DNA of 63,617 bases, filler included, from Hyphochytrium catenoides (Eukaryota > Protista > Hyphochytriomycota), in assembly GCA_900088475.1 (NCBI GenBank). It is 7 parts of 7 records of this genome, joined end to end, with 100 filler letters (N's around TTAATTAATTAA, not from the genome) between each part and the next. Parts side by side here need not be neighbours in the genome. Positions count along the whole stretch, not along the records: positions 1 to 18,941 come from FLMG01004617.1; positions 19,042 to 29,155 come from FLMG01000815.1; 5 more parts are not named here. The stretch is one strand, 5' to 3'. Positions 12,862-26,698 of this stretch are shown piece after piece; positions within the stretch are counted from its first letter, which is position 1, and each line of letters starts with the position of its first letter. The notes under the pieces were generated by a model that searched no databases, was not told the origin of the DNA, and worked only from the letters and a program-made list of their open reading frames with translations. The translations under genes and the position numbers were made by a program.

Positions 12862-14601
12862 GGCAGCTTTCACCACTATTTTTGGCCGGGGTTTGCGTGT
12901 CGTGTTGTCGTCTGGAGATAGTTTATACCCACGTTTGCGAAGAATGAGCTAGACAAAGACTTCCCCTCGCCTAACTGGTTACGCTTCGTCGTTCTTCGCT
13001 GGGCCTAATAATGCTAACATTCTTACAAATGCCACGCCTGGTGGGTGCAAATGCGACTCGAAAAAAAGCGCGTTTTTGATATTCTAGGTTGATTGTGAGA
13101 CGCAAAAAGCCGGTTGGACTGAAGAGTTAGCTGCTGCTACCCATTTGCGGCGGCGGCGGTGGTAGAGATTATCGCAACACTACTGCTGATTGGATTGTCT
13201 TCTGCAGGTGGTATCGAGTTATCGGTAAAATGAAGTCTAGATGCTCCAACCATCGGCGCCAGATAGAAAGCGCGACAGGAGAGGGCCGTCATTCTCTCTT
13301 CTTCTTTCCTCTTCTTCCTCATCTCTCTTCCTCCCATCTTTCTCCTCTCTTCTTTTTGCTGGTCTCCGTCCTGAACTGATACAATCAGAAACGTGATGAA
13401 GAACCACAACCGAAGAAGAATGAAGAATTGAAAGACTGTATTATAAACAGAACTGATTGTAATGCGCTGCCACTGCGTGCGGAATTGCTCTCCGTAATTC
13501 TTCAAACCTAAAACGGAAATGGCCTCGAAGGAAAACGAAAATGAGGGTGCGGAAGGAGCGAGGGCAACAAGAAGAAGGAAGATAGGTCAGCGAACTCCAT
13601 TATCTACTTCTTGTGTTCCACTGTTACATACGGGAGCTCCAGCTATTTGTACAGTAATGTAAAAGCCTTCTCCATCTTCAAGGACCCCAACACAGATATT
13701 CCACTTTCGAGAGGTAATATTTCGAAAACGACAGTCCTCCAGAGAGAAGGGAGGGGGAAAGGGGGGGGGGGGCCCTCGGAAAAACGGTACGACTGTACTT
13801 GTACTAGGGTAGTGGCGACATTGCTAATTCCCACAGCTGGCAGCATAGATGGTGCTGGTGGTCCATGATGAAGATAATAGCGCCGATACAGCGCCGATAG
13901 CGCCGACGGCGGCGATAGCAGTCGAAGATTTATTGAAGGAATGCCCGCGCCGTGCTTGGTTGATAATGCCAGGAGAATAGGTAAGTGCCGTGAGCATAAG
14001 GAGGCAAGGCCCGTCTTCTGGCAACAAGAATAGCCCACCATGTCTTAGCAGTAGCTACAGAAGAAGAAAGGGCTTATTTATTTAGTTTGTAGAAGGCGCA
14101 GACCAGCTCACCATCCGCCAGTGCCGCTAACTTTGGCTTCAAAGGTCAGTGGTAACACTGGAGGAGAGTCCACGCCAGCTGAGCTCCGCAGCATCAATAT
14201 CCCGCAGCCTCGTATAGAGGAGTAACCCTCCTCCTTATACACTGAGAGAGAAGAACAAGAGGGTTAAGTCAAGAGAGTCATCGGCGATCTGGCTTTAACT
14301 TATCCGGACCTCCTGTGAAGAAGGCATCGGCGCACATCGTAGCTTGATTATCCTTTTTTGCTGCGCTCTACAGTATAGGAACACCGACGCTCGCTTGCCC
14401 GACTCGAGGAGACATCATAACAGAGAGATCGCAGCCCAATAGAGGAAGAAGAAAGAGCTGCGACTGTACTTCCTTCATATCAACGTCTTGTCTTTTTTTT
14501 GAGATTGCGATATCATCGTCTCTGCCTCATTTTCTCAAACCCTGTTCGGAGAAAAGTTCCCTCAGAGCAACTATGTAGCGCGGCTTGGACTCCCTTCCTA
14601 G

Positions 14602-16383
14602 CTACTTGTGTGACTCCTCCCCAAGTGAGATATTGGCACTAATGTGCGGCTGCCCTTCTTCTTCCATCGCGTTCTGTTGTCCAGAAGAAGCTATAATTAG
14701 AAAATGCATTGCCCCTTCTGCCCAGTGTCTGAGGCAGTACGGTCCTTGATGATCCTCTCCTGCAAGCCGCCTATCACAGCCTGCTTTAGAGCACCATCGG
14801 AGCTTAGTAATATCCGCTGCCAGTGCCGCTATATGGTCTCTGCAGAGCCCTCGTCCACCCTTTGCCGGAATCGTGCAGCCAGTGGCAGTGCAGAACTTCA
14901 ATATCGTTGACGCATTGTGATCTATGCAGAGACCTTTGGAAGTGCTAGGCTTCATACAACCAGATGCAGAGCAACGCATTGTCTCTGTGTAATGAGCGTC
15001 GCAAAGGCCCTGGGCCGTCGCTTTCTTCCGACAGCTTTGCATGAGACATACCAAAAGCCCATCTGCAGATTCTGAGATAGTTGATGACATGCTTGTGCGG
15101 TGGCTACTATTGGCGGATGGAGGAGCACGGCTAGACTCACGGCATGGACTGCCCTCTTCTTCGTTGTCCTTGATGCTGGTGGCAGAGGGAAGGGCATTTT
15201 TTGCACCAGCAGATGCTTCCTTACGCGGAATCTCATTTGCTTCAACATAATGAAGCCAGCACATCTGCCCTGTGTGGGCCTTTTTGGGGCATCCTATGAT
15301 TACGCACAGACGCGGTGGGGCACCATGACCCTTGCAGAGCCCCATCCCTTGATTTCGCTTGCCACAGCCCCAGACAGAGCAATAGCTTCTACTCGTCGAC
15401 TGGTGCCGTCGACAAAGGCCCTGTGCTCCAGCAGTCCTTGACACTTCTGCGCAGCCTTTCACGGGACACTGACCAGCTATATTGCTGGGCCGGACCTCCT
15501 TCTTGGTGCTGTTTGCTCTTGCTTGTGTTTCTTGTTCCTTCTGGTGTGCCATACACAGACTTCCACCTACCTTTGCCTCTTTATTGCACTCTAGAATAGC
15601 ACAGCAGCCGTGAATCTTCCTCTTCTTAGGGCTTCTGATTTTGCTGCGGTTGACTTGTTGCTCAAGGACGATGGAGATCTCGGTAAGAGGAGAGGCAAAA
15701 AGGTGACGAGAAGTAGCCTTTGTCTGTTCTGGGAACCTCTTACTTTGACGGTGAGTCATTCTGTTCTGTTCCTTGTGAGGAGGCAGGGCCGGTGATTTCT
15801 CTTTCCCAGTCTTCATGGTAGCGCTGCTGGCTGGGCACTTCTTCGTCGCTCCATTAGAAGCTAAAGCAGTGGTTACAGAAGACTCGTTGGAAGATGTGGG
15901 GTACGATGAAGACAAAGAACAGAGAAAGGATGAGTCCAGCGTCCCAATCATCTCGCATGACGGCTCAGTCATGGACGCTCCTCGCCTTTCCGCTGGACTC
16001 TTTGTCTCCTCCTTGATCCAGATGTCTTCTTCTTGCTCAAAGAGGTCCTCCTCTAGTTCCATCTCTGGCTCGTGCTCTTGTTCTTCAATAATTTTTGAGC
16101 TATCTGTTCCGTTGTCCGTGGTCGCCTGTCCCCTAACCTTGATGCTGTGGGGCTCTGCTTCTTCATCTCCCTCCTGTTCGGTCATCCATGTGAGCAAGAC
16201 TTTCTGATCCAGCTCTTCTTTCGCCTCTTCGTCTCCCAACGCAGCCGCCAGCAGCACCCTAGCAATCTGACGACTCAATACCTCGACTGAGCGGGGTTCT
16301 TGGAGGAGCTCATCATAGGGTCCCATTCTCCGCGATACGGCTCCAGAAGGTAGCCATCCATCACAAGCTCTAACCTTTGCCAT
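14602..16383 (-). CDS. Intronless protein with 8 C-x4-C-xn-C-x2-H (WRKY19-like) zinc-finger repeats
   Basis: Repeats include CSVWGCGKRNQGMGLCKGH, CSASGCMKPSTSKGLCIDH and CTATGCTIPAKGGRGLCRDH; NLS-like PKKRK. First ATG is at 16383 (the track start at 16572 is GTG). Confidence 0.8.
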   Translation of the reverse strand: MAKVRACDGWLPSGAVSRRMGPYDELLQEPRSVEVLSRQIARVLLAAALGDEEAKEELDQKVLLTWMTEQEGDEEAEPHSIKVRGQATTDNGTDSSKIIEEQEHEPEMELEEDLFEQEEDIWIKEETKSPAERRGASMTEPSCEMIGTLDSSFLCSLSSSYPTSSNESSVTTALASNGATKKCPASSATMKTGKEKSPALPPHKEQNRMTHRQSKRFPEQTKATSRHLFASPLTEISIVLEQQVNRSKIRSPKKRKIHGCCAILECNKEAKVGGSLCMAHQKEQETQARANSTKKEVRPSNIAGQCPVKGCAEVSRTAGAQGLCRRHQSTSRSYCSVWGCGKRNQGMGLCKGHGAPPRLCVIIGCPKKAHTGQMCWLHYVEANEIPRKEASAGAKNALPSATSIKDNEEEGSPCRESSRAPPSANSSHRTSMSSTISESADGLLVCLMQSCRKKATAQGLCDAHYTETMRCSASGCMKPSTSKGLCIDHNASTILKFCTATGCTIPAKGGRGLCRDHIAALAADITKLRWCSKAGCDRRLAGEDHQGPYCLRHWAEGAMHFLIIASSGQQNAMEEEGQPHISANISLGEESHK

Positions 16384-17747
16384 GTTCTCTGTCCTTGATG
16401 GTCGGCCTAGCCCGGTAACTACTAGGCTAAGAAGTACGAGGCCTAAAGAGTCTGCATCATCCGGTGATTTGAGCTCTAAAGGAAGAGATCCGTAACTGGT
16501 TGGGTTGTGCTCTCTCTCTCTCTCTCTCTCGACGTATGAGGAGATTGGATTGTGACGGAGCGGAGAGAGCACTACCTTTCCTCTTCCTGTGCTGCTCTCT
16601 TTTCTCCACTCTGTTCTCTAACCGACGGTGATCGGCAGGAGTAAGGTAGGAGAAGCGGGAGGAGAAGTAAACGTCCTCGATTCGCTAGGAGAAGCCAACC
16701 GAGCAGGGAAACAGAGGTGAGAGGGTGTTCATTGAAATATCCTCCCTTCCCCGGAATCAGTGTTACTATTGTACGGCAACAGCCACTTGTCATCTTACCT
16801 CTCTCTCTCTCTCTCCTCTATGCTCTTTCTCTCACTCTTTTCTCTCTCCTCTAATTCTTACTGGGAGAGGAAGGACAGCAGGCATCATAGACTCACCTCA
16901 GGAGATTGGGACGTGTATCAAGGACTTCACCTCTGGTATTAAGCGTGTACCAGGAGGCTAGAGAGACAGTACAGATATAGCAGGCAGAAGGATGGATAAA
17001 TGACAAGGACCCCAAGCAGTCGGAGGCAAGCGGGGAAGGAGAGGGGAAGAGAGAGACAAGACGACGTGACAGAACGAGAGAAAGGAAAAGAAGAGGAGAA
17101 GTGAGACCGTCCGAAAGGTAGCAAGAGAAAAAGCAAGAGAAAGCCAGACTCGAAGGAAAAGGTCTTTGTACCCTTTCCAGTTACCCATGGCAAGATCTGC
17201 AATTTTTATGAGCGCGCTCTCTCTCTTTTTTTTTTTCCTCTTTCTCTCGCGTTTACCCCTCTAGCAGATCTCTCTCCTGCCCATCCCTCTCTTCCATCTT
17301 CTCTCACATCAATCCATGTTTCAAAAGCCTACTCTTCTTCGCTTGGTTCTTCTTATCTCTCAATCTCTTTCTTTACTCCCGTTTTCTCGTTTCCGCACCT
17401 CTCTCTCCCTCTCGCTATCTCTCTCTTTTAACCGGAACCCCTCTATATCTTTTTTTTTTCTTTTCCTCTCTTCTTTTCTTTGTCGTGCTCTCTCTTCTTT
17501 CCCATCCCTCATTCTTTCCTTTCTTTCTTGTTCTGTCTGTCTCACTTTCTTCTCTCTCTCTCTATCGTTCTCTCTCTCTCTATCTTTCTCTCTCTCCTCT
17601 CTCTTGTCTCGTCTATGATCTCCACGCTGCGGCCGAAACCTTCCATATTTCTAGCAGGCTCGATGCTTTCGTTTTCCCTTTCTGTGTTCCCTGTCTCCTT
17701 TCAAAGGACCGAGCGGGCAAGGGCAAAAGGCGGGAGAAAGAAAGGAA

Positions 17748-17785
<38 letters not shown>

Positions 17786-18941
17786 AACGCGGACGTCATA
17801 ACGGTAGTGACTGCCCACTACCGTTTTATTACTACTGCCCTGTATCCTATGAAGTAAACAGCGTTAGGGACTCACCCCGCCAGGGATACTATTGACGACC
17901 CTCTAGATTTTCACGAAAAGGGCCATCTTGATCCCCTCCTCTCTCTCTCTCTCNNNNNNNNNNNNNNNNNNNNNNNNNNNNNNNNNNNNNNNNNNNNNNN
18001 NNNNNNNNNNNNNNNNNNNNNNNNNNNNNNNNNNNNNNNNNNNNNNNNNNNNNNNNNNNNNNNNNNNNNNNCTCTCTTTTTATTTTAACTTTGCTCTCTC
18101 TCTTTCCTTCTCTCCTCCCTCTCTCCCTGTGCTCGCTGTCTTTGTCTCTCTTCTATACTTGTCCCTGCGGGTTTTTTGTTCCTTTCTCCCTCTTTCTCTT
18201 CCTCACTTCTTTGCTAGACTTTTCCTGGCGTGCCCTCTCTCTCTTCTCTCGCTCTCTGTTTGTGTCTCTGCCTTTTACCCCTCCTTTCATCACTGTTGTC
18301 CATCCCACATCTTCTTTCTTTCTCTTCTTCTCCGTCATCATCACGTTCTCCTTCTTTCGTGTCCGTTTCTTTAGAAGAAGAGCAGCGGGACGTCAGTTCT
18401 TCTGCTCTTCCCAGCTGCAAGAGAGGAATGGCGGTCAGATGAGAGACAGAGAGAAATGAAAGAGAGAGAATTGCGAGAACAGAGGACGAAGGACGGGTGA
18501 AAGACGGAGGAGCAGGAGAGCACACCCTCCACGAGGAAGAGGAAGGGAACAAGGGTCCTGGGTAGTGGTGCTGATGAGCGCCAGCCGCAACAGGCCGTCA
18601 GTCTCACATTCTCTTCCTTTCGACCAGAAAGGCCAGGAACCTTGATCTAATGCTTCATGGACCTACAGCTCTCTCTGGAAAGAGGTCGCTAGAAGATGAC
18701 TCTGGGGAGCGCAGTAGGAGACGGAAGATCGGCCCCTCAATAATTAGGCTCTGCTAGCAGTATCTTTGCTCAGGAAGCGTGCTGGGTTAGGTTTCTTCTC
18801 TCGTGCTAGCTCGCCAGCAGAATCCTGCTGCAGAAGATTAGAGTCATTCTCTCCTCCTCTTGATCGTCCTGCGACGGGTACCAAAGGCATAACTGTTATA
18901 TGTGTGTTACCTCCTAGTAGTTCTCCACCCTTACTTCTGAC

Positions 18942-19041
18942 NNNNNNNNNNNNNNNNNNNNNNNNNNNNNNNNNNNNNNNNNNNNTTAATTAATTAANNN
19001 NNNNNNNNNNNNNNNNNNNNNNNNNNNNNNNNNNNNNNNNN
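18942..19041. other. Artificial contig-join linker (44 N + TTAATTAATTAA + 44 N)
   Basis: Six-frame-stop 12-mer at 18986-18997 inside an N run. The same 12-mer occurs at 29200, 44852, 46056, 58881 and 61668. Confidence 0.97.
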
Positions 19042-21992
19042 GAGAGAGAGAGAGAGAGAGAGAGAGAATTGAAAGCAACAGGTGTGTTAGAGAGCCAGAA
19101 GAGGAACCATCAAGAGAAACGAACCAGAGAACCACTCCAAGAACCACCGTCAGCGATGATGGAGAGAGACGTAAGGAAAGAGACAGCGACGAGAGAGGAG
19201 CTGAGAGGGAGAGAGACAGAGACAGAAAGGGAAGAGAGACGCACCAATATAATGCTCCCAGCACAACTGCTCAGGGAGAGAGACAGGAGAATTGAGACAG
19301 ATCGAGACAGAGAGACACAAGAAAAGTGGAAAAGGCGTTGAGACGTGTGAGAGGTATGGAGAGATGTGTGCTCCCTTATCTGCAATGGACAGCCCAAAAG
19401 AAGGCGCCCCAACCCTCGCTCTATTCCGTACCTTTGCTTATTCTCTCTTCTGTGACCAAAATAGAACACCTAAAATAATTTACCACAACCGCCTCACTGC
19501 TATTCTAGTATTTTCTAGGAGGAGGTGCGCCAATTTAGGCGGCCTTGTCAGAGGAATTCTCAAATTACAGCTTACAGAGACAGCAAAGATCCAGCAAGAC
19601 CAATCCTTTTTTAGGGCTACTGGAGCATTTATTTAGAACAAACAGCTTCAACAGTAGTTGGGTCGCGTACTTTTGCACTCGGTAAGACTGTCCTACCCTA
19701 ACTTTGCTAACCTACAAAGGCCAGTCAAAAAAAGGAACTCCTTATTTTCTGGTACTAACAGTTCTCTGACAATAATATTCGGCAAGACAAGATTTAGGAC
19801 AATTTGAGGTCTCCCTTTATAGGCCATAAGATTCTAGCGATAGTGGAAATGTCACCTGAGAGCCTTTACGCATGTGTGGTGCCACTACAAAGTTAAGGAA
19901 AAAGCTCTAGCACTGTTTGATTATATACATGTTGTATGGTTATTCTAGGCCCAAGTCCTAAATCTGTACAAAATAGACAGGCAGGTGTCTAGACAGAGGG
20001 GAGCAGTTCTATTTGGATGTCTGCATCTTCACACTTCAATCTGTAATCGACTATTACTACGGTGAACAGGCCTGCCATCGTTATCTCATACATCCGTCTC
20101 TCTCCTCTCGAATGCCGTCTCTCTTCACTCTGTCTTCTATTGAAAATAGCTACTCTGTCTCATTTAACATCAGGGACGCAAATCTTCTGTCTTCATTCTC
20201 CTTCTTCTTATCTTCATTCTCCTTCTTCATCTTCCTCATCGCACTTCGTCCAGAACCCTTCTTCCCTTCCTGCTATTCTTGGTTGTCCGCCGTTCTCCAA
20301 CACCTTCCTTCTACCTATGGCTCTCTTCGAGCGCTGTCTCTCTTCGGCTCTCGCTCTTTTCTCAGTAACTACTCTCCACGCTGCTCCATTCTCTCTGCTT
20401 CTTCTTCCGCTGTTCCTACCTGAATGCACTTCTTCACCAATTATACGTAACCTTTCTTCACCCCCATTCGCCGAATCGTTACTATGGGGAACGACAGGAG
20501 TCTTCGAATCCACTGTCACGAGTGCATAATAGTTCTATGTTCTATGTGACCACCACCATCAACCAAGGATAGAAAGGGAAGAGCTACGGAATGTCAGGCT
20601 CCCAGTTGAATCAATACACGCCCCCCAACCAGCACCCAACCAGCACTTGTTAGGTTTAGATTGCTGAGAACATCACCTTCTATAACTTTATCCGTAGTGG
20701 ACCGAACTGCACAACTGACCAGTTACTCTTTCGGTCCATTTAATGAACAGTTGACCAGAGAAGACGTGTAGGTTGCTGAACAGGCACACGACAAGAGATG
20801 TAAAAGTGAGGCCAGTGCAGGCTCTCTTTGGTGACACCCAATCTCTCTTCCACATTCTTACTTGCTTGTACCACGCCCTCTGAAGTTTGGTGTGTCTGTG
20901 CTAGATATATATCGTTGATGAGGAGCACGGTCTCTTGATAACTTTGTACTAGTTCTGTAGGAGGGAGAAGTATGCTTGACTTGCTTAATTAGCAAGGACA
21001 TCAAGAAGGTGAGTCCTACTAGGACCATCGTCTTCTTCGGGTTCAATGACGGGAGCAGAAAATGAAGTCTATTTTTCTAGAGATTACGAGTAGAAGGAAA
21101 GAAGGGTAATGAGAAAACATAGCAGTAGACAAGTACTACTACCACTGTACAATAATGAGCGCTCGTCTACTTACGAAAGTTCATTGCCAGTGGCCACGGT
21201 AATGACTACGGTCGGCGCCGTCGTCTGACATAGGATCCTGAGACCATCACATGATGGTTATGTAACATGTCCACACCCGTGTCAATACTCCTCCTCCTGC
21301 ATCCATCCCTGTTCCCACAACAAGGTCTCCATGCTCAGCCACTTTAAAAAACCGCGCCTCATATTTCATCATATTGCCGTCGATGTTGAAGTGCAGACTT
21401 TCCTCATCAACATGATGACAGAGCCAGCAAAACTTTGGAAGAAGTAAGATTTGTCGTCCCGAAGAAGAACTAAAGAAAGCCAAAGAAGATAGAAGAACTA
21501 GGATTGCAAGGAGCACAACAGACGGGAAGAAGATCAAGGCCTATGCCTTTCGAAGTACAAGTACTGTAATTGTACAAGTAGGGTAATCAGCTTTTTAATT
21601 CCGCTTTTTATAAACGTCAGTAGAGATTTACAATAAACATCTGCCAGTCCATACAATCGCTACCAATGATCTATCGTGGAAGAAGGGTGAGATTTGGAAA
21701 CTTATTACTTAGTCCTCAAATCCAAGTAGTACTTAGTTGCAATCCAAATATCACTACTTACTTGATTACATGGCGCGATGAACCATCACCATAAATAGAG
21801 ATCTGGAAAAGCTCTACAACTGCTGGGTTTTATTAGAGGCTCAGATCACCGATAACATAGATATTGCTCTCAAGAGGAAAGCCTCTGAGAGACAACCTCT
21901 GAGCTTCAGATCTTTGTGCTGGGGCCATACACGGGTTGCATCGCAGTTTGATTTGGATCAAAGATTAACGCCATTGGTGGAACGGAGGAGGC

Positions 21993-24900
21993 ATGAATAT
22001 CCCTCTAGCTCCGCAGTACAAGCAGGAAGGGTGGACCCCGCCCAATTTTCCCTACTTTGCTCTGGTGATTGGCTTTATATGGGTTGTCTATATCTTTGAG
22101 ACCTATCTCGACATCAGACAGGTAAAACACTTGCCCTTCAGTAGCGACACCGCTTTGTTGCTCATTCCATTGTTTGTATCTCAGCATACGAAGCTGAAGG
22201 AGACTAGGCTGCCGCCTCTCCTGGTCTCAACTATTGAAAGAGTCGATAGAGACCGAGAGAAGGAAGGCAAGGACAAGCCGAAAGGTAAGCTTGCCAGCAA
22301 GGAAATATGACAGGACGAGGGCTCTCATCTGACGTTATGTCGTTCTGTTAGAAGAGAACCAGTCCGAGACTGTGGCAGAAAAGAAAAACGAGGCATCTCC
22401 TAAGTCTCTCCTAGAGGAGACGAGAACAAAGTTCGAGAAGGCTCAAGCGTAAGTCTACTATGGCACCAATACCCCTGCTAGGCAAGGCTTTGATATTTGC
22501 TATATACCGCTGGCATTCTCACTCCTTAGTTCCTCTTGTTCTTGGTCATAAGAGCCTCTCCCTCTTATGAGCAACACGGTCCCATTGTTACGTCTCAGTT
22601 ATAACTCCTTACTTACACTTACCATGATCTGGTGCAGGTATGGCAGGTAATGGCATGATAAACCTCATGATGCCGGACAGACTGGGCTATAAAGTTACTA
22701 CTTTTGTCGTGGGCAACTATTTGGAAAGAGAAAAACTCGTCATGCCTCTCTCTCTCCCCCCCTAAGGAGTCACGATCTTGCTTCCTTCCCCTCTCTCGCC
22801 CATTACCTCTCCCTTTCTTCCGTTCCTTCAGTCTCTTGATTCTCCTCCGTCGTCGTGAGACTCTCGTCCCGCGCTTCGTTCTGTTTCTCTTGCCATCCTG
22901 TTGGTTTGATTCCGCCAGTGGTCTCCTCTCATCTTTATGCCATGTGTCCCCGTAGTACGACACACATCTTGCTTCTCTTCTCTACTGGGTCAGTGTAAGA
23001 CTTGCCTGACAAACGTCAACCTCTAGGTGCCATATAACATTTGGTCCTGTACTGATTGGTCCATCGTTCTCTTATCCCTGTCTCTAAATGTGCTATTTTT
23101 CAGGGATAAAAGCACCTTCTCCCTCGTGGCTGGAGTTTTTGATCAGCTGGAGTCTACGCTGGGACTTTTCTTCGGGCTGTTGCCTTTCCTCTGGGTGACT
23201 AGTAAGCAGCTAGTCGAGCGCCTTGGTTTGGATGCTGAGAATGACGTGAGTAGAAGGACTTGAGCGGGAATAAGGAGGAGATCCGGGAGAAGGGAGCGCC
23301 AAAGGAAAGACTATCATTTCAGAGTAGAAAGGAGAACTAGGGACTAAGAGCCGTTCAGTGACGATCCTTTTCAGGCAAGGGGTGAAGCTAGTTCTTAAAT
23401 ATGCAGGAGGAGGTAGAGTATCCCAGTTCTCTGACTTTCACTCCCCCACGCCTTTCTCCTCTTTCGCTGGCGGTGGTCTTTCTCAATCCATCGGCGGCCG
23501 TCTTTCTCAATCCATCACGACCATATCGTGCTCTTAGGTGTGGTGCGCTTGCATGCTGATGACCCTGAGTACACTCTACTCTAGCGTCCTCCATCTGCCC
23601 TTTGAGCTCTACTCTGTCTTTGTCATTGAAGAGCGCCATGGCTTCAACAAGCAGACTCTACTTCTGTTCTTCACAGACAAGGTTAAAGGGCTTTTAATAT
23701 CCGCGGTGAGGAGAAGTACACAAGGCCTAGCGATGTATCTCTCAATGGGCCGCCTCATTTGTCTGTTCCGTGCCGCTTCATTGGGCTTCGCACTCCATCT
23801 ATCAGCCTCTACTGCCATTCCGTAACTCTACTGCCCTTTGAAATTCCATTAAGGTTTACCTCGCCCTAGCATGCTTTCTTCGGGCCAACTCCATGACACT
23901 GAGCCCTGCTACTATAGGTTGTGGGCTTTCCTGTCCTGTCGCTGATCCTCTACATCATTGACGTAAGATGTTCTGTCAAATGCTAAACCTGTATTGCCCG
24001 TACTTCTGCTTAAGGTTGCTCTCCATCTGAACTGAGTATTGCCGGCTTTTCTGGGCGGTAGAGCCTTCGCTATAGAGTCTGGTGCATTTGGCCTCTCTCT
24101 GCTGCCTTTCTCTCCTGTTTAGGTCTTATGATGAGTTTAGATCAGTGGAGATGCGTGACTCTATCTTCCGTTCGTTTGATTCCTTTCATTGACCTGATTC
24201 CTTTTTTCAACTGCACTGATTGCTAACTTTGTATATCCACAGTGGGGAGGACCGTACTTCTACTTCTATGTCTGGGCGGTAGGCCGCTGCTGCTTGAGCT
24301 GCTTCCATTTAACTCGTTTATCAATCCTTCCCAAGCGTGTCTTTATGCTTTACATCTTCGCCTGGGCACATGAACATGTTATGTCGTTGTCTTATTCTCT
24401 CAGGAGCAAGCTCCAGTCGTGAAGATATTTCCGTGAAATCTTCGCTGTTGGTGCCTCGGCACCGCTATTATTAGCCTTGTTTCGCCGCGCTAATGCTCTT
24501 TCTCCGTTCAGTTCATGCTTGTTTTCACGGTGTTTATGATGGCGATATACCCCACCCTCATTGCTCCCCTGTTCAACAAATTCACGCCGTTGGAAGGTGA
24601 GAGGAAGGGGAGCTCAAAATAGACAAAGAGCGCGCATCTTCCAGCTTGTCACTTCTCTGACCTTCGCGGCATGCCCTTTACCCGACTATATAGAGGGCTC
24701 TTTAAAGGCAAAGATTGAAGCGCTAGCTAGCAGGCTAAAGTTCCCCCTGACCAAGCTCTTCGTTATCGATGGTTCTAAGAGATCGGCCCATAGTAACGCC
24801 TACATGTGTAAGGATGCCGTCTCTTTGTCTTGGAGCACTTCCTGCGCATCATCTGTCTCTCTTCTCGTCGATCGTTTAAGCATCACTAAGTCTTTCCATA

Positions 24901-26443
24901 ACTTACTGATAACGTTCTTCTAAGCCTTGAAGGGTAATTAGAGTCAACTAAGGTTGTCCCTGTATCTATTGCTTGCGCTTGCCTTCATCTGCAGACGGCT
25001 TTTTCAACAATAAGCGCATCGTCCTCTTCGACACGCTGCTTGATCAGCAAGAGGAGGAGGAGGTGGTGGCAGTGCTAGCCCACGAGCTAGGGCACTGGAA
25101 GATGTGGCACACCATACAGGGCTTCCTGGTGCAGCAGGTGACTCTGACTCCACTCTCAGACCATCATAAATGCTCCTTGAGTGCCAACCTCTTTAACTCC
25201 TCCCAGCTTTCCCGGTTTGTGCACTTCTAGCAATGCATTGAGAAGGCATGCACTGCGTTCTTTCTACTTTTATGGTGCATAGAGAATAGTCTGTCTTTCT
25301 ATCTACAGATCTTTCATGTTGCTAATAGCTCCTCGCTCTCTTCTTCTGGTAGGTCTATCTCTTCTTCCTGTTCTTCCTGTTTGGACATTGCCAGTTCGAT
25401 CGTGATATGTTTGCGAGGTAATAGAGGATAGTCTCCCGTTTGATGGATGGGGATAGCTTTGCCTATATTTGTACAAGTCAAGGAGAGCTAAGAAGAGAGC
25501 AGCTCGCGTGGGGACGACGTGCAGTATATTTTAGCCAGATGAATCACCGACTAGGAAGAGCAACTCGCGTGGAATAGAGAAAGAGATTGGGGTTCGAAAG
25601 GGAGAGTGGTGCCATAGAAAGCCGGAAGTCTAGCTGCGAATGCTTTGGGAGACTAATGTTTATGATGGCACCAGCTTTGGATTCTCCAAGAACCGCATGC
25701 CGACATTCATCGGTCTCCTGCTCTTCTTTGAGGTGTGAGGCTGCTTCTGTCATAGTCTTTGATCTTCTGCTTTGTGGTTCTTGGTTGCATGACAAGCTTT
25801 GTATGGACCCGTGCTTAAGCCACGCCGCTTGCTTGCTTCTTACACAGTTGAACCTGCACCCCGTCTTCTATATCTCTTATGACGCTCATTTTACTTTGCT
25901 GTAGGTGTTCTGGGCTCCCATCGCCAAGGCTCTTAGCTTTCTGATGACTCTCAACTCCAGAAGGAACGAGTTCCAGGTTTCCTAGCGCAGCTTGACTAGA
26001 GACAACATATCTGTCTGGCAATCCGCTGAGCCTTCAATGCGTCCCTTCTTGTCGACTTCCTTACCTCCCGATCTCTTACGCTCGTCGTGTACGGCTTTTA
26101 ACATGTTCTCTGCTGTAATCTCTTCACCGGCCGCACTTCTAATTCTCTCGTTATCCTTTTCCTCCCCTTCTGTTCACTATTCCTCCCGCTTTGTTGCTCT
26201 CCTCTGTCTTTCTCTCCCCCGTCGTTCCTCCCTCTCTCTGTTCGCTAGGCCGACGCTTTTGGCGCCTCTCTTGGTTATGCAAAGAAGCTGCAGTCAGCAC
26301 TCGTCAAGCTGCAGCTTGCAAACCTTAGCAACCTGAACCCTGACCCTTGGTATAGTGCCTACCACTACTCCCATCCGGCGCTGGTCGAAAGATTGCAGGC
26401 TCTGCAAGCGGAAGATGAGAAGAGGGAAAAGAAAGGACTATAG
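21993..26443 (+). CDS. STE24: CAAX prenyl protease 1 (peptidase M48A); multi-exon
   Basis: Exons encode [72 protein letters not shown], the zinc motif HELGH, EFQAD and [15 protein letters not shown]. The C-terminus KKGL* is a KKxx ER-retrieval signal. Confidence 0.97.
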
Positions 26444-26698
26444 ACAGAAACCAAGGCGGAAGAGAAACTACTAGAGCTAAGATGTGGGAAGGCGACCGAG
26501 AGAGAGCTCGGGTGGACCTCGACCTTCAAAATGTTTACAGAGAGCTCCACCGCGTCATTAACATTATAAAGACTCAGTAGGAGGGATGAGCAATTCCACT
26601 AACGGACCGCTATACCGCGATGGCTAGGAGAAGACTCTTGAGAAACGCGGATGAAGAGGAGGTAGAGGCAGACCAAACCCTATAGACTTCATAGAGAG

